The translations under genes and the position numbers were made by a program. A DNA stretch of 45,079 nucleotides from Rhodothermales bacterium (GTDB taxonomy: Bacteria; Bacteroidota; Rhodothermia; Rhodothermales; VXPQ01): NCBI GenBank assembly GCA_040904565.1, contig JBBDTI010000014.1, positions 1 through 45,079 of the forward strand, read 5' to 3'. The notes under the pieces are model-generated. The model made no database searches. It was not told where the DNA came from and saw only the letters and a list, made by a program, of their open reading frames with translations. Numbering within the stretch: the first letter of the stretch is position 1; each line of letters starts with the position of its first letter. Shown piece by piece: positions 9,674 through 20,000 of this stretch.

Positions 9674-10108
9674 ATGGAAACAACGAGGATTGTCACCGAA
9701 CCCATTGACGCGCATGCATCCGTCGTTCATCGGATCGCAGCCGAGCATCACATCCCGCTCGACGATGCCGAACGTCGTGTCGAAGAGTTGATCAAGTTCC
9801 TCTACGTTGCGGCCGAATCCGATGCGCCCGTCGCCCCATCGAAGGCCGTTGACGCGGCGTGGCACGCCTTCATCCTGCATACGCGTAACTATGCGGGCTT
9901 TTGTGAGAAGGTGTTCGGAAGGTTCATCCATCACGAGCCGGCCGATGCCGGCGCAGACACGGATACCGCGTATCGGACGACTCTCGAACGCCTTGCAGCG
10001 CGCTTCGGCACGCCGGATCCGCGCTACTGGCCTCCCGCAGACGCAGCGGGCTGCGAGGAAGGTCAGTGCACCGATGAATGCACAGGCTCCTGTAAGGGGG
10101 ACGGATGA
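9674..10108 (+). CDS. GRDP-like (glycine-rich-domain-protein/TIGR04222-related) protein with Cys-rich tail
   Basis: PSKAVDAAWHAFILHTRNYAGFCEKVFGRFIHHEP family motif; tail GCEEGQCTDECTGSCKGDG; GAGG RBS. Confidence 0.72.
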   Translation: METTRIVTEPIDAHASVVHRIAAEHHIPLDDAERRVEELIKFLYVAAESDAPVAPSKAVDAAWHAFILHTRNYAGFCEKVFGRFIHHEPADAGADTDTAYRTTLERLAARFGTPDPRYWPPADAAGCEEGQCTDECTGSCKGDG

Positions 10109-11548
10109 GCGGTATTGAGCCAAGCGCTCCGGGCATCGCCGACTACGCCATGCTGTCGGACTGCCATTCGGCGGCGCTGGTTAGCCGCCATGGATCCGTC
10201 GACTGGCTGTGCCTGCCGCGATTCGATGCGCCGTCCATTTTTGCCAGGCTCCTGGACGCGGAGGGCGGACACTGGGTCATACGGCCTGCCGGTGAGACGG
10301 ATGTCTCGCGCCGATACGTGGAAGGCACGCTCGTTCTGGAGACGACCTTCACCACGGAGCGCGGCCGAGCCGTGATGGTCGACGCGCTCGCCGTAGGCGC
10401 CGACGAGCGGGGACACGAGCTCGGCCGCTCCTCTCCGCACGCGCTGCTGCGCACCGTCGAATGTGTGGAGGGAGTGGTCTCTTCCGGAAGTCGTAGGCGG
10501 CGAGCGCAACTGGGATTACCGCTACACGTGGATTCGCGACGCCAGCTTGACGCTCGAAGCGCTCTGGGTGGCCGCCTGCCCCGATGAGGCCCAGAAGTTC
10601 TTCAATTTCCTGACACGCACAGCCACGACGCAGATTCGCCGCGGCGCAGAACTTCAGATCATGTACGGGGTCGCGGGCGAGTACGCCCTTCACGAACACA
10701 ACATGGACCATCTCTCCGGGTGGCGCGGGAGCCGGCCGGTTCGCGTCGGCAATGCCGCGTGGAAGCAGCGGCAGCTCGACGTGTACGGCGAGCTCATGGC
10801 CGCCGTACACCGCCTACGCGATTATCTAGAAGACATGGGCGCTCCAAGCCGGGAATTTCTCATCCGCGTCGCCGATGCGGCGGCTGACCGGTGGAAGCAA
10901 AAAGATCGGGGCATCTGGGAGATCCGCGGACCCGAGCGCCACTTCCTTCATTCCAAGCTGATGTGCTGGACGGCGCTCGACCGAGCCCTTGACCTCGTTG
11001 ACATCCTGGACGCGGAGGACAGGATTTCATCCTGGCGAAATGCTAGGAAGGAGGTTCGCATGGCGATTCTCAAGCAGGGGTGGAGCGACGAGGCCGGGTA
11101 CTTCAGGCAGGCATTCGACAACGACGAGCTGGACGCATCGAGTCTCATGATTCCGATCGTCGGTTTCCTCGACGGCGATGATCCGCGCGTGCGATCGACC
11201 GTCGAGGCTGTAGGCGATCATCTGACGAGCGAGAACGGCCTCGTTTTCCGCTACCGGAATGCCGACCACCTGGGTGGCCGAGAGGGTGCTTTCCTACTCT
11301 GCACATTCTGGTATGCGCACGCGCTGGCGCTGACCGGAGAAGTTGAACAGGCGCGGGAGGTACTTACGTCAACCTCCAGGTTTGCCAACGATCTGGGCCT
11401 GATGGCGGAGGAGGTCGATCCACATACAGGCGATCTCCTCGGGAATTTCCCCCAGGCATTCAGTCACATCGGCCTGATCAATGCGGCGTGGGCCATCGCC
11501 GAGGCATCGGGAAAGAACGCCGGTGGCGACAGGCCCGCGGCGGGCTGA
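10105..11548 (+). pseudogene. Glycoside hydrolase family 15 (trehalase/glucoamylase-like), internally deleted and frameshifted
   Basis: N-terminal GSVDWLCLPRFD domain joins at ~10479 in another frame to SLPE..GGERNWDYRYTWIRD; GIWEIR, GNFPQAFSH; the TGAIVAAPTT region is missing. Confidence 0.85.
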
Positions 11549-11602
11549 ATGCTGCGCGAGCTTCCTACGCTGACCGGCCGCCGGCGGTGCGCCGATGCTC
11601 GC

Positions 11603-11962
11603 CTATTCCGTGGAACCCTTCCGACGGAATTCGACGCGCTCCAGCACGAATCCGCATCCTTCGACGGCTTCCGTCAACCGGTCTTCCGTGACCGTTGCTC
11701 CGTCTTGAAGGAAGAGGTCCACATACTGCTCTCCCTCGAGAAATACCTGCGCATTGTCGATGCCATCGATCTCAATCAGCCGCTCCTTCATCGTTTTGGC
11801 GCAGCTCTCGCACGCCAGTCCTTTTACGTGGAGCACGACGTCGGCCTCGCTCGGCGTTGCAAAATTGTGATCGGCCCCTTTCGCGGCGTCCGCGCCAGAC
11901 GACATGACGATCACAACGGCTGTAAAAAACAGAACGGTTGCGGCTGTGAATACGGATTTCAT
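11603..11962 (-). CDS. Exported heavy-metal-associated (HMA, MerP/CopZ-like) protein
   Basis: Signal peptide followed by VKGLACESCA. Confidence 0.85.
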   Translation of the reverse strand: MKSVFTAATVLFFTAVVIVMSSGADAAKGADHNFATPSEADVVLHVKGLACESCAKTMKERLIEIDGIDNAQVFLEGEQYVDLFLQDGATVTEDRLTEAVEGCGFVLERVEFRRKGSTE

Positions 11963-12008
11963 AGCTTCATATGATTATGAATATGTACGAAGAAGAGGGT
12001 TGGATGCG

Positions 12009-12410
12009 CTAGACGCCCAGCAAATTCGTGAGCGGAACAAGTGCGTACGCGAAGAAGCCGCCGACCGAAAAGATGCCGACAGAGATCCAGAACATGACCT
12101 TCGTGAATCGTCCGGCTATCTCACAACCTTCGCCGCCCGTGATACTGCAAGCAACGCGCCCGCGGGGCCGATGGATCAGCGCACCGCTCATGAGTATCAT
12201 GAGACCGGCGGCAAGAAAGATCCATCCCTTGTGCTGCGACAATGGAACTACCCACGGAAAGGTGACGACAAACGAGGTTACGGCGGCGCCACCCGCGACG
12301 GCAGCGAGGGCCGACGGGAGCGCACAGCACAACAGCGTGCCGGTTGACGTAAACAGAGCGAGATAGCTCGACGCCTTCTGCTTAAACGAGCGGTGATTCA
12401 TGATCTCCAC
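12009..12410 (-). CDS. MerT/MerC-like small metal transport membrane protein
   Basis: STGTLLCCALP Cys pair in TM1; loop C-x7-C; about 3-4 TMs; adjacent to the HMA gene. Confidence 0.75.
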   Translation of the reverse strand: MEIMNHRSFKQKASSYLALFTSTGTLLCCALPSALAAVAGGAAVTSFVVTFPWVVPLSQHKGWIFLAAGLMILMSGALIHRPRGRVACSITGGEGCEIAGRFTKVMFWISVGIFSVGGFFAYALVPLTNLLGV

Positions 12411-12472
12411 ACTGGATCTGTCTCGCCTCGATTCAGGAGCCTCTGATATCTAAGCGTCGCATCAGCGACTTT

Positions 12473-12490
12473 GTTTCACATCTATCAAAC
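12473..12490 (-). promoter_or_regulatory. Second copy of the putative operator
   Basis: Minus strand GTTTGATAGATGTGAAAC, 15/18 identical to 8601-8618; lies between the divergent merT-like and ynfA genes. Confidence 0.55.
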
Positions 12491-12585
12491 AATCCGCGTA
12501 CGGTTGGGTTCCTCACGTTCTCGTCTTCTCCGCGGCTCCTTTGTAACTTGGCAGATGGTAAGCGAAACCCTGAAATGAAATTCCA

Positions 12586-12912
12586 ATGCTCGTAAAATCG
12601 ATTCTATACTTCCTGCTTGCCGGCCTCTGCGAGATCGCAGGCGGGTATCTCGTCTGGCAGTGGCTTCGCGAAGGGCGGAGCATCATCCTCGCCGCGGCGG
12701 GCGCGGTGCTTCTGGTGCTCTACGGTATCATCCCGACGCTGCAGCCCGCCCATTTCGGCCGGGTATACGCCGCCTACGGGGGCGTTTTTGTCGTCCTCGC
12801 CCTGCTCTGGGGCTGGGTATTCGACGGCATTGCCCCCGATCGCTACGATCTTGCCGGCGGATTGATCGTCGTAGTCGGCGTGGTCGTGATCATGTACTGG
12901 CCCCGCCCTTGA
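12586..12912 (+). CDS. ynfA: YnfA/UPF0060 family SMR-like membrane protein
   Basis: [30 protein letters not shown]; 108 aa. Confidence 0.92.
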   Translation: MLVKSILYFLLAGLCEIAGGYLVWQWLREGRSIILAAAGAVLLVLYGIIPTLQPAHFGRVYAAYGGVFVVLALLWGWVFDGIAPDRYDLAGGLIVVVGVVVIMYWPRP

Positions 12913-12947
12913 CGCGCTGCTGCGCCGGCTCACTCGACTCGCGCTGC

Positions 12948-13516
12948 TCCTTACGGCCATACCGGAGAAAGAGGGCCGGCACGACCACCGTGTTCTGAAT
13001 GATTGAGGTGAGCAGTCCGCCCAGGATTATGATGGCCATGGGCGTCTAAATCTCCTTCCCGGGTTCGCCGCCGCCGAGCGCCAGTGGGATGAGGGAAATC
13101 AGAACGATGGAAAGGATCGACAGAAGCGAGATCGCCCTCGTAGCACGCCGAGCGACCTCGAATTGCCCGCCAAACTCCACGTAGTAATACTCGGGCATCT
13201 GGACGCGGTTGGAAATCTTATCGTGAATGTCTTCAACGACGCTGCCGACGTCGCGCCCGGCAACGTTCGATGACACGACAATCTTTCGCTGCACGTTTTC
13301 GCGACTGATCATGTTTGGGCCGCGTTCCGAACGCACGTCCGCGAGCTCGAGCAGCGGCATCTTGGATCCAAGCGGAGTGTCGATCAGCGTGCAATTCTTC
13401 GGGAGATCGACTTTATCGATCGCCTCGTCCATATCTGCTACCTCTCGACACACTCCTTCGATCTCTGGACCGCGAGTACCATGCTCTATTTCGCCGCGGC
13501 GACCTCGTACGAGCAC
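12948..13516 (-). pseudogene. C-terminal fragment of a third CusA/CzcA-family permease
   Basis: GPNMISRENVQRKIVVSSNVAGRD, FGGQFE, then a jump to LIPLALGGGEPGKEI*TPMAIIILGGLLTS (TAG at 13046-13048). Boundaries approximate. Confidence 0.85.
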
Positions 13517-13609
13517 TGCCGGGTAGACGGGGCTCGAGGCTTTCTTCCGGCCGACGACGAGAGCCGATCCCGACGAGCCAATCGGGCCCCTCCGGCTGTT
13601 TCATCATCC

Positions 13610-16117
13610 TCATACCCGGTAAGCGAGTAGACGCAGCGCGTTGAAGACCACGACCAGCGTGGACCCCTCGTGGAACGCCACGGCGGGCCCGATGCCGAGT
13701 CCGAGGATGGTCGCCGGGACGAGGAAAGCGACCATTCCCAGGCTGATCCACAGATTCTGACGAATTATCCGGCTCGTTCGGCGCGAGAGCCCGACAGCGA
13801 ACGGGAGATGTTCCAGCCGGTCGGCCATAAGTGCCACGTCGGCCGTTTCCAGCGCCACGTCGGATCCGGCCGCGCCCATCGCAATGCCGACCGTTGCGTT
13901 GGCCATTGCCGGCGCGTCGTTGACGCCGTCGCCGACCATCGCGACCTTCTCTTCGTGCCGCAGGCTGCGGATCGTTTCCACCTTATCGTCCGGCATCAGG
14001 TCGCCTCGCGCTTCGTCGAGGCCCACGCGGCGGGCCACCGCGTCGGCTACGCGCTGGTTGTCGCCGGAGATCATCACCATGCGGCGAATCCCCAGGTCTC
14101 GCAGCCTCCGAAGCGTCTCGGCCGCCGCATCGCGGGGCGTATCCATCAGCCCGATCACACCGAGGTATTGATCACCGCGCCGGACGATCATCGTGGTTCG
14201 ACCGTTCTCTTCCAGGTCAACGGCGGAGCGAAGGAGATCGTCGGGTAGGCGTGGTCCATCAACTTCTTCAAACAGATCATCCTTGCCGATGTAGACCGCC
14301 TCGCCGTCCATTCGTGCCCTCACCCCGCGCCCGGTGATGCTCTCAAAATCGCCCGCCTCCGGTAGCGAACCGGACCCTTCCAGCCGCTCTACCGCGAATC
14401 GAACGACGGCACGCGCTAGAGGATGGTCGGAGAGCTTCTCGACAGCCGCCGTCGTCGCGAGAAGATCCTCTTCCGAGATAGACCCGTACGGCTGCACGTC
14501 GGTGACGCGCGGCTTTCCCTCCGTCAGCGTTCCGGTTTTGTCGAAAGCGATGGCCGATAGCGTGCCGAGGTTTTCCAGCGGACCGCCCCCTTTGACGAGG
14601 ACGCCGCCGCGGCCGGCGCGGGCCACGCCGCTCAGGACGGCGCTGGGCGTGGCAATGGCGAGCGCGCACGGACTCGCCGCCACGAGGACCGCCATCGCGC
14701 GGTAGAAGCTGGCGCTGAAGGGTTCGTCGACGACAAACCATGCGAAGAAAAGCAGCACGACGAGGCCGAGCACGGCCGGAACGAACACCCGCTCGAAACG
14801 ATCGGTGAAGCGCTGCGTCGGCGACTTCTCCGTCTCCGCTTCGGCAATCAGCTTTACGACGCGTGCCAGCGTCGACTCGGACGAGCGTTTCGTCACCATG
14901 ATCTCCAGCGCCCCCGAGCCGTTGATGGTCCCGGCGAAGACGCGGTGCTCCGCTGCAAGCGCCTCGGGGTTCTGGGCTGCGGCATCCGGATCATCCACCG
15001 GCTGCTTGTCGACGGGCACGCTTTCACCGGTCACGGGCGCCTGGTTCACGGCGCTTTCCCCCTTAACGACCAATCCATCGGCCGGAATCCGCTCGTTCGT
15101 ACGCACGACGACGACGTCCCCCACGCGCAGCTCTTCGACAGACACTTCCTCTTCGCGGCCGTTGCGCCGCACGACGGCGGTATCGGGAGCCATCTCGGCA
15201 AGCGCCTCGATCGCCCTTCTCGCCCGTCCCATCGCGAAGTGTTCCAGCGAATGGCCGAGCGAGAACAGGAATAGCAGGAGCGCGCCCTCCGCCCATTCAC
15301 CCAGAACCGCCGCACCGGCCGCCGCCACGAGCATCAGAAAGTCGATTTCGAAGCGGCCCATCCGGATGCTGTCCATGGCTTCGCGGAGCGTATAGTAGCC
15401 TCCGAAGAAGTACGCCAGAAGATATCCCGCGAACGGCACGCCGCCGGCCACTTCCGTAAAGGTATCCAGAAGCCAGCCGGTCGTGACGAATACGCCCGAA
15501 AGGATGGCGAAGATCAGCTCCGTATGCTCACCGAAAACGCCGCCGTGAACGTGCTCGCCTTCGTCTTCATGCTCGAGTTCGTGCTGGCGTGCGTGGTCGA
15601 TCGCTCTCTCAGCCTCGTCTTCCACCGCGCCGCCAGGCTCCTCCACCCGGCGGACTTCCAACGGCTTTTTCTCGACGACTCGCACGTTCATCTCGCGAAG
15701 GACCGACCGCAGCGTACGCTCGTCGGTTTTCTCGCGGACGAACTCGATGCGGATGGGGCCGTGCGTCCCGGCCTCCGCTTCCATCACGCCGGGGTCCCGG
15801 CGCAGCCGCTCGGCCACCGTCCGCGCCCGTCGACGGTGATACAGGCCTTCGACCTCCCATACCACGTGCCCGAAGTGGTCCGTTAGCTGGGCCCCCATTC
15901 GCAGTGCGGCAATACGGATGTGCGACAGCGATACGAGGTCGGGATCGAAGTGAACGCACAGCTTCGCAGGTTCGTCGTCCGTAGCGGCAAGTACGTGCGC
16001 CCGCTCTACGCCGTCATAATCTTCCAACAGCTCGACCAGCCGGCGGACACAGTCATCGCGCCGATCCGGAACGTCGGGCAGGACAATAGGAAGATCGATT
16101 CGCAACTTATCGTTCAT
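13610..16117 (-). CDS. Heavy-metal P1B-type ATPase, P1B-4 subclass
   Basis: TGES, SPC (ASPCALA), DKTGTLT, HP, GDGVNDAP, HEGST; His-rich linker. Confidence 0.95.
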   Translation of the reverse strand: MNDKLRIDLPIVLPDVPDRRDDCVRRLVELLEDYDGVERAHVLAATDDEPAKLCVHFDPDLVSLSHIRIAALRMGAQLTDHFGHVVWEVEGLYHRRRARTVAERLRRDPGVMEAEAGTHGPIRIEFVREKTDERTLRSVLREMNVRVVEKKPLEVRRVEEPGGAVEDEAERAIDHARQHELEHEDEGEHVHGGVFGEHTELIFAILSGVFVTTGWLLDTFTEVAGGVPFAGYLLAYFFGGYYTLREAMDSIRMGRFEIDFLMLVAAAGAAVLGEWAEGALLLFLFSLGHSLEHFAMGRARRAIEALAEMAPDTAVVRRNGREEEVSVEELRVGDVVVVRTNERIPADGLVVKGESAVNQAPVTGESVPVDKQPVDDPDAAAQNPEALAAEHRVFAGTINGSGALEIMVTKRSSESTLARVVKLIAEAETEKSPTQRFTDRFERVFVPAVLGLVVLLFFAWFVVDEPFSASFYRAMAVLVAASPCALAIATPSAVLSGVARAGRGGVLVKGGGPLENLGTLSAIAFDKTGTLTEGKPRVTDVQPYGSISEEDLLATTAAVEKLSDHPLARAVVRFAVERLEGSGSLPEAGDFESITGRGVRARMDGEAVYIGKDDLFEEVDGPRLPDDLLRSAVDLEENGRTTMIVRRGDQYLGVIGLMDTPRDAAAETLRRLRDLGIRRMVMISGDNQRVADAVARRVGLDEARGDLMPDDKVETIRSLRHEEKVAMVGDGVNDAPAMANATVGIAMGAAGSDVALETADVALMADRLEHLPFAVGLSRRTSRIIRQNLWISLGMVAFLVPATILGLGIGPAVAFHEGSTLVVVFNALRLLAYRV

Positions 16118-16560
16118 GACATCCTCATTTCGTCTTCTCCGACGGACGCCAGTGCCTCCCGTATTGCAGCCTCGCTTGTCCGGTCACGATTGTATTCAAC
16201 CCGCACCCATCCGCCCGGCGCACTTTCGACGCTTCGCACGCCGGCCGTCTCGCGCAGCCGGTCTACCGTCCTGCACGCGGCCTGCACCGATGCTAGCCGT
16301 ACCGAAAGATGCCCGAACCGCGTCTGAAGCGCGTCGCTCAATCCTTCGGCCAGTTCCACCGCGCGCTCAGATGAGAGCACCTCGGGGTCGTAATGGATGC
16401 AAAGCTGCTCCGGCTCGTGTGCCGGGCCCTGCAGAACGTGTACCGCCGTGATGCCGGCGTGCGACTCCATCGTGCTCACCAGCCGGAAGAGGCAGGCGTC
16501 GTGTACGTCGGTGAGTTCCGGCAACAACTCAGATACGTCCAGCATCAGCGTATTCGGCAT
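16114..16560 (-). CDS. Stand-alone paralog of the ATPase N-terminal HMA-like domains
   Basis: GAGG RBS before ATG 16560; LLPE..D..DAC..RLV, HVL, EPEQLCIHYDP, RFGH align with the ATPase N-terminus; ATGA overlap with the ATPase start. Confidence 0.78.
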   Translation of the reverse strand: MPNTLMLDVSELLPELTDVHDACLFRLVSTMESHAGITAVHVLQGPAHEPEQLCIHYDPEVLSSERAVELAEGLSDALQTRFGHLSVRLASVQAACRTVDRLRETAGVRSVESAPGGWVRVEYNRDRTSEAAIREALASVGEDEMRMS

Positions 16561-16684
16561 ATCGTAGTTCCTCTTCTTCTGGTTCAGTCTGCTTCGTCCG
16601 GCTCGTTCCCCGCGAGTTAGGATACTCATTTGCTCCACGTCTTCCTGTTGATCGGAACGCACGGAAGCCCCCCCGTCGCACCGG

Positions 16685-17029
16685 CTATACGGCCGCTTGG
16701 CCTCGCTCTCCTGTAGAAATCCGGACGGCATCCTCTACATGGGAGAGCACGTAGATCTTGCCGTCACCTCGTAACCCCGTATGCGCCGCCCTCCGAATCG
16801 CTTCGACCACGTCGTCGACCATCTCGTCGCGGCAAAAAATCTCGATGCGGCTGTGTAGGACGTAGTCGACCACGTCCTCGCGGCCGGAGCGCGGCTCACC
16901 GGAGGCGTGTCCGCGTCCGAATCCCTTCACCTCCGACACGCTCATTCCCGTAAGCCCGTCTACGTGGTGAAGCGCCAGCGTCACGTCCGAAAGTCTATGC
17001 GGTTTGACGTGCGCTCTAATCTCTTTCAT
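16685..17029 (-). CDS. PII-family (GlnB-like) protein
   Basis: MKEIRAHVKP, GMSVSEVKGFGR, AHTGLRGDGKIYV, AVRISTGERGQAAV. Confidence 0.92.
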   Translation of the reverse strand: MKEIRAHVKPHRLSDVTLALHHVDGLTGMSVSEVKGFGRGHASGEPRSGREDVVDYVLHSRIEIFCRDEMVDDVVEAIRRAAHTGLRGDGKIYVLSHVEDAVRISTGERGQAAV

Positions 17030-17074
17030 ACCATCTTCCGTTGATCGTGACAGAGGGTGACCATTTCGTTCCGA

Positions 17075-20000
17075 TCATCTCGTGATTGCTGCTTCGACCG
17101 GAACGGCCTCGTGGTCCGATGCTTCCTCGCGTTCCGGTACCGCGCTGAACCACTTGTAGAGCGCCGGGAGGACGAGGAGCGTCAGGAGGGTGGAGGTGAC
17201 GAGACCGCCGACGACCACCGTGGCCAGTGGCCGCTGCACCTCGGCGCCCGTTCCCTGCGAAAAGAGCAGCGGGATCAGGCCGAGCGACGTCGTGAGCGCC
17301 GTCATCAACACCGGGCGCAGACGCAGCAGCGCCCCTTCGACGGAGGCTCGGTCCATCGGCACGCCGTCTCGGATAAGCTGGTTGAGGTAGGTCACCAGCA
17401 CCATCCCGTTTTCGAGGGCGATGCCGAAGAGGGCAATGAAGCCCACCGACGACGGCACCGAGAGGTTCTGTCCTGTAATCCACAATCCGACGATGCCGCC
17501 GACGAGCGCGAGCGGAATGTTGATCAGGATGAGCGTCGCGTTCTTCAGCGAGCCGAAGCTCGAATAAAGCAGCAGAAGGACGATCAGCAGCGTGATCGGC
17601 ACGACGACCATGAGGCGCCGGTTGGCCTGCTGCTGCAGCTCGAACTGTCCACCCCAGGTCGTGAAATACCCGGTCGGCAGATCCACGCGCTCGCCGATCA
17701 CGTCCTGGGCCTCGCCGACGAATGAGCCGATGTCGCGACCCTCCACGTTGAGCTGCACGGTGATGAACCGCTGGTTGTTTTCCCGCGTGATCTGGCGCGG
17801 ACCTACGATCTCATCGATCTCGGTCAGTTCGCCAAGCGGTACCTGTACGCCGCCCGGCGCAGGGATTAGGAGTGCGGCGATCTCCGCGGGCGTGGAACGG
17901 TACGTCCCCTGAAACCGCACGTAAATGGGGAAGCGGCGGATTCCTTCGAAGATCTGGCCCGCTTCGACCCCTCCGATGGCCGTGGCCACCGTACGCTGGA
18001 CGTCGCCCACGTTGATGCCGTAGCGGGCGATGGCTTGTCGATCGACCATGACGCGTAGCTGCGGCGTCCCCGTCACCTGGTCGGCCTGCACGTCCGCGGC
18101 GCCTTCGACCGTTTGGAGCGCGGCGGAGATCTCGTCCGCCTTTTCCTTCAGCGTCGAAAGCTCGTCGCCGAAAAGCTTCACGGCCAGCTCGGCCTTCACG
18201 CCCTCCAGCAGCTCGTCGACCGTCATCTGAATCGGCTGCGTGAAGTTCGTCAGCACGCCGGGGATGTTACCGAGCTCGTCGCGCACGACGGTCATCAGCT
18301 CGGTCTGGGAATCGAAGCGCCACTCGTGTTCATCCTTCAGGAGCAGGTACATCTCCGCCGAGTTGATCGGATCGGCGTGAGCTCCGACCTCTCCCCGGCC
18401 GATTCGGCTCACGACTCCGGTGATCTCGGGAATCTGCATCAGGCGGCGCTCCACGCGCTGCGTCGTCGCTTTGCTCTCCGTGAGGGAGATGGAGGGAGCC
18501 ATCGTCAGGCGAAGCACGAGCGTGCCCTCCTGCAGCGTCGGCGTAAACTCGCTTCCGAGAAACGGGAAAATGGCCGCGCCGACGACGAGCAATCCTGCCG
18601 CGAGTCCTACCGCCCACGCCCGCTCCTTCACGAAGAAGCGGACGATCGGCCTGTACCAGCTCATTAAGCGATCCAAAACGCGGTCGGCCAGCGGCTTCTT
18701 CGCCGCCGTCGCGGGCGGCCGGCGCATGAAGAGATCCGAGAGCACGGGAGCGAGCACGACCGCGAAGACGAGCGACCCCAGCATGGCGAGCGCCGTCGTG
18801 TAGGCCAGCGGCCGAAACGTCTTGCCCTCGACGCCCTGAAGCGTGAAGAGCGGCAGAAACACAACGATGATGATGCCGATAGCGAAAATCACGGGCCTCG
18901 CCACTTCGGCGCACGCACGCGCCACGACGTGCGCGCGCGGCTCGTCCGGCGGCGCTTCCCTCAGCATCCGATCGACATTCTCGACCATCACGATCGCCCC
19001 GTCGACCATCATCCCGATGGCGATGGCCAGCCCGCCCAGCGACATCAGATTGGCCGAGATGTCGAACTGGTTCATGAAGATGGTGGCGAAGAGTACCGAG
19101 AAGGGAATCGCCAGCGCCACGACAATGCTCGGCCGCCAGGAGCCGAGAAAAGCCACCAGCACCAGAATCACGAGCAGAATCCCTTGCCAGAGTGCGTTGG
19201 TTACGGTAGCCACGGCCGCCTCTACGAGCGTCTTCTGCTCGTAGTACGGCACGATCTCGACGCCCTCCGGGAGGATGTCGTTGATCTCCGCCAGCTTCTC
19301 CTCGACACGGCCGATCACGGTCGACGAGTTCGCACCGTAGAGCTTGACGACCATCCCGGAGACGACTTCCTCGATGCCGTTCCGCGTCTGCAGCCCTCGC
19401 CGGATGGCGCCGCCGATCTCGACGTCGGCCACGTCCGGCAGGAAAATCGGCGTGCCGTCCCTCGTCCGCACGACGATGTTCTCGAGGTCGACGACCCCCG
19501 TCGCGAGCCCGACCGAGCGCACCAGAAACTGCTCGCTTCGCTGCTCGATGTACTGGGCTCCGACGTTGAGATTGTTTTCCTCGATCGCCTCGACGACCTC
19601 CGCCAGCGCCACGTCGTACCGAAGCAGAGCATCGGGATTAACGTTGACCTGGAACTGCCGCTCGAATCCTCCGATGCCGAGCACTTCCGTCACGCCCGGC
19701 ACGGTCTGGAGGTTGAACTTCACGATCCAGTCCTGCATCGTGCGCAGCTCCTCGAGACTATACTGACCCGTCGTGTCGTCGAGATAATAAAAGAGCACAA
19801 GGCCCATTCCCGTCGAGATCGGCCCCATCGCCGGCTCACCGAACCCTTCCGGAATCTGCTCCCGGGCCTCTGTGAGCCGCTCCCCGACGAGCTGCCGCGC
19901 GAAATAGACGTCCGTGCCTTCCTCGAAGTACACGTTGACGACCGAGAGGCCGAAGTTGGAGATCGAACGGATCTCCTCGACGCCCGGCAATCCGTTCATC

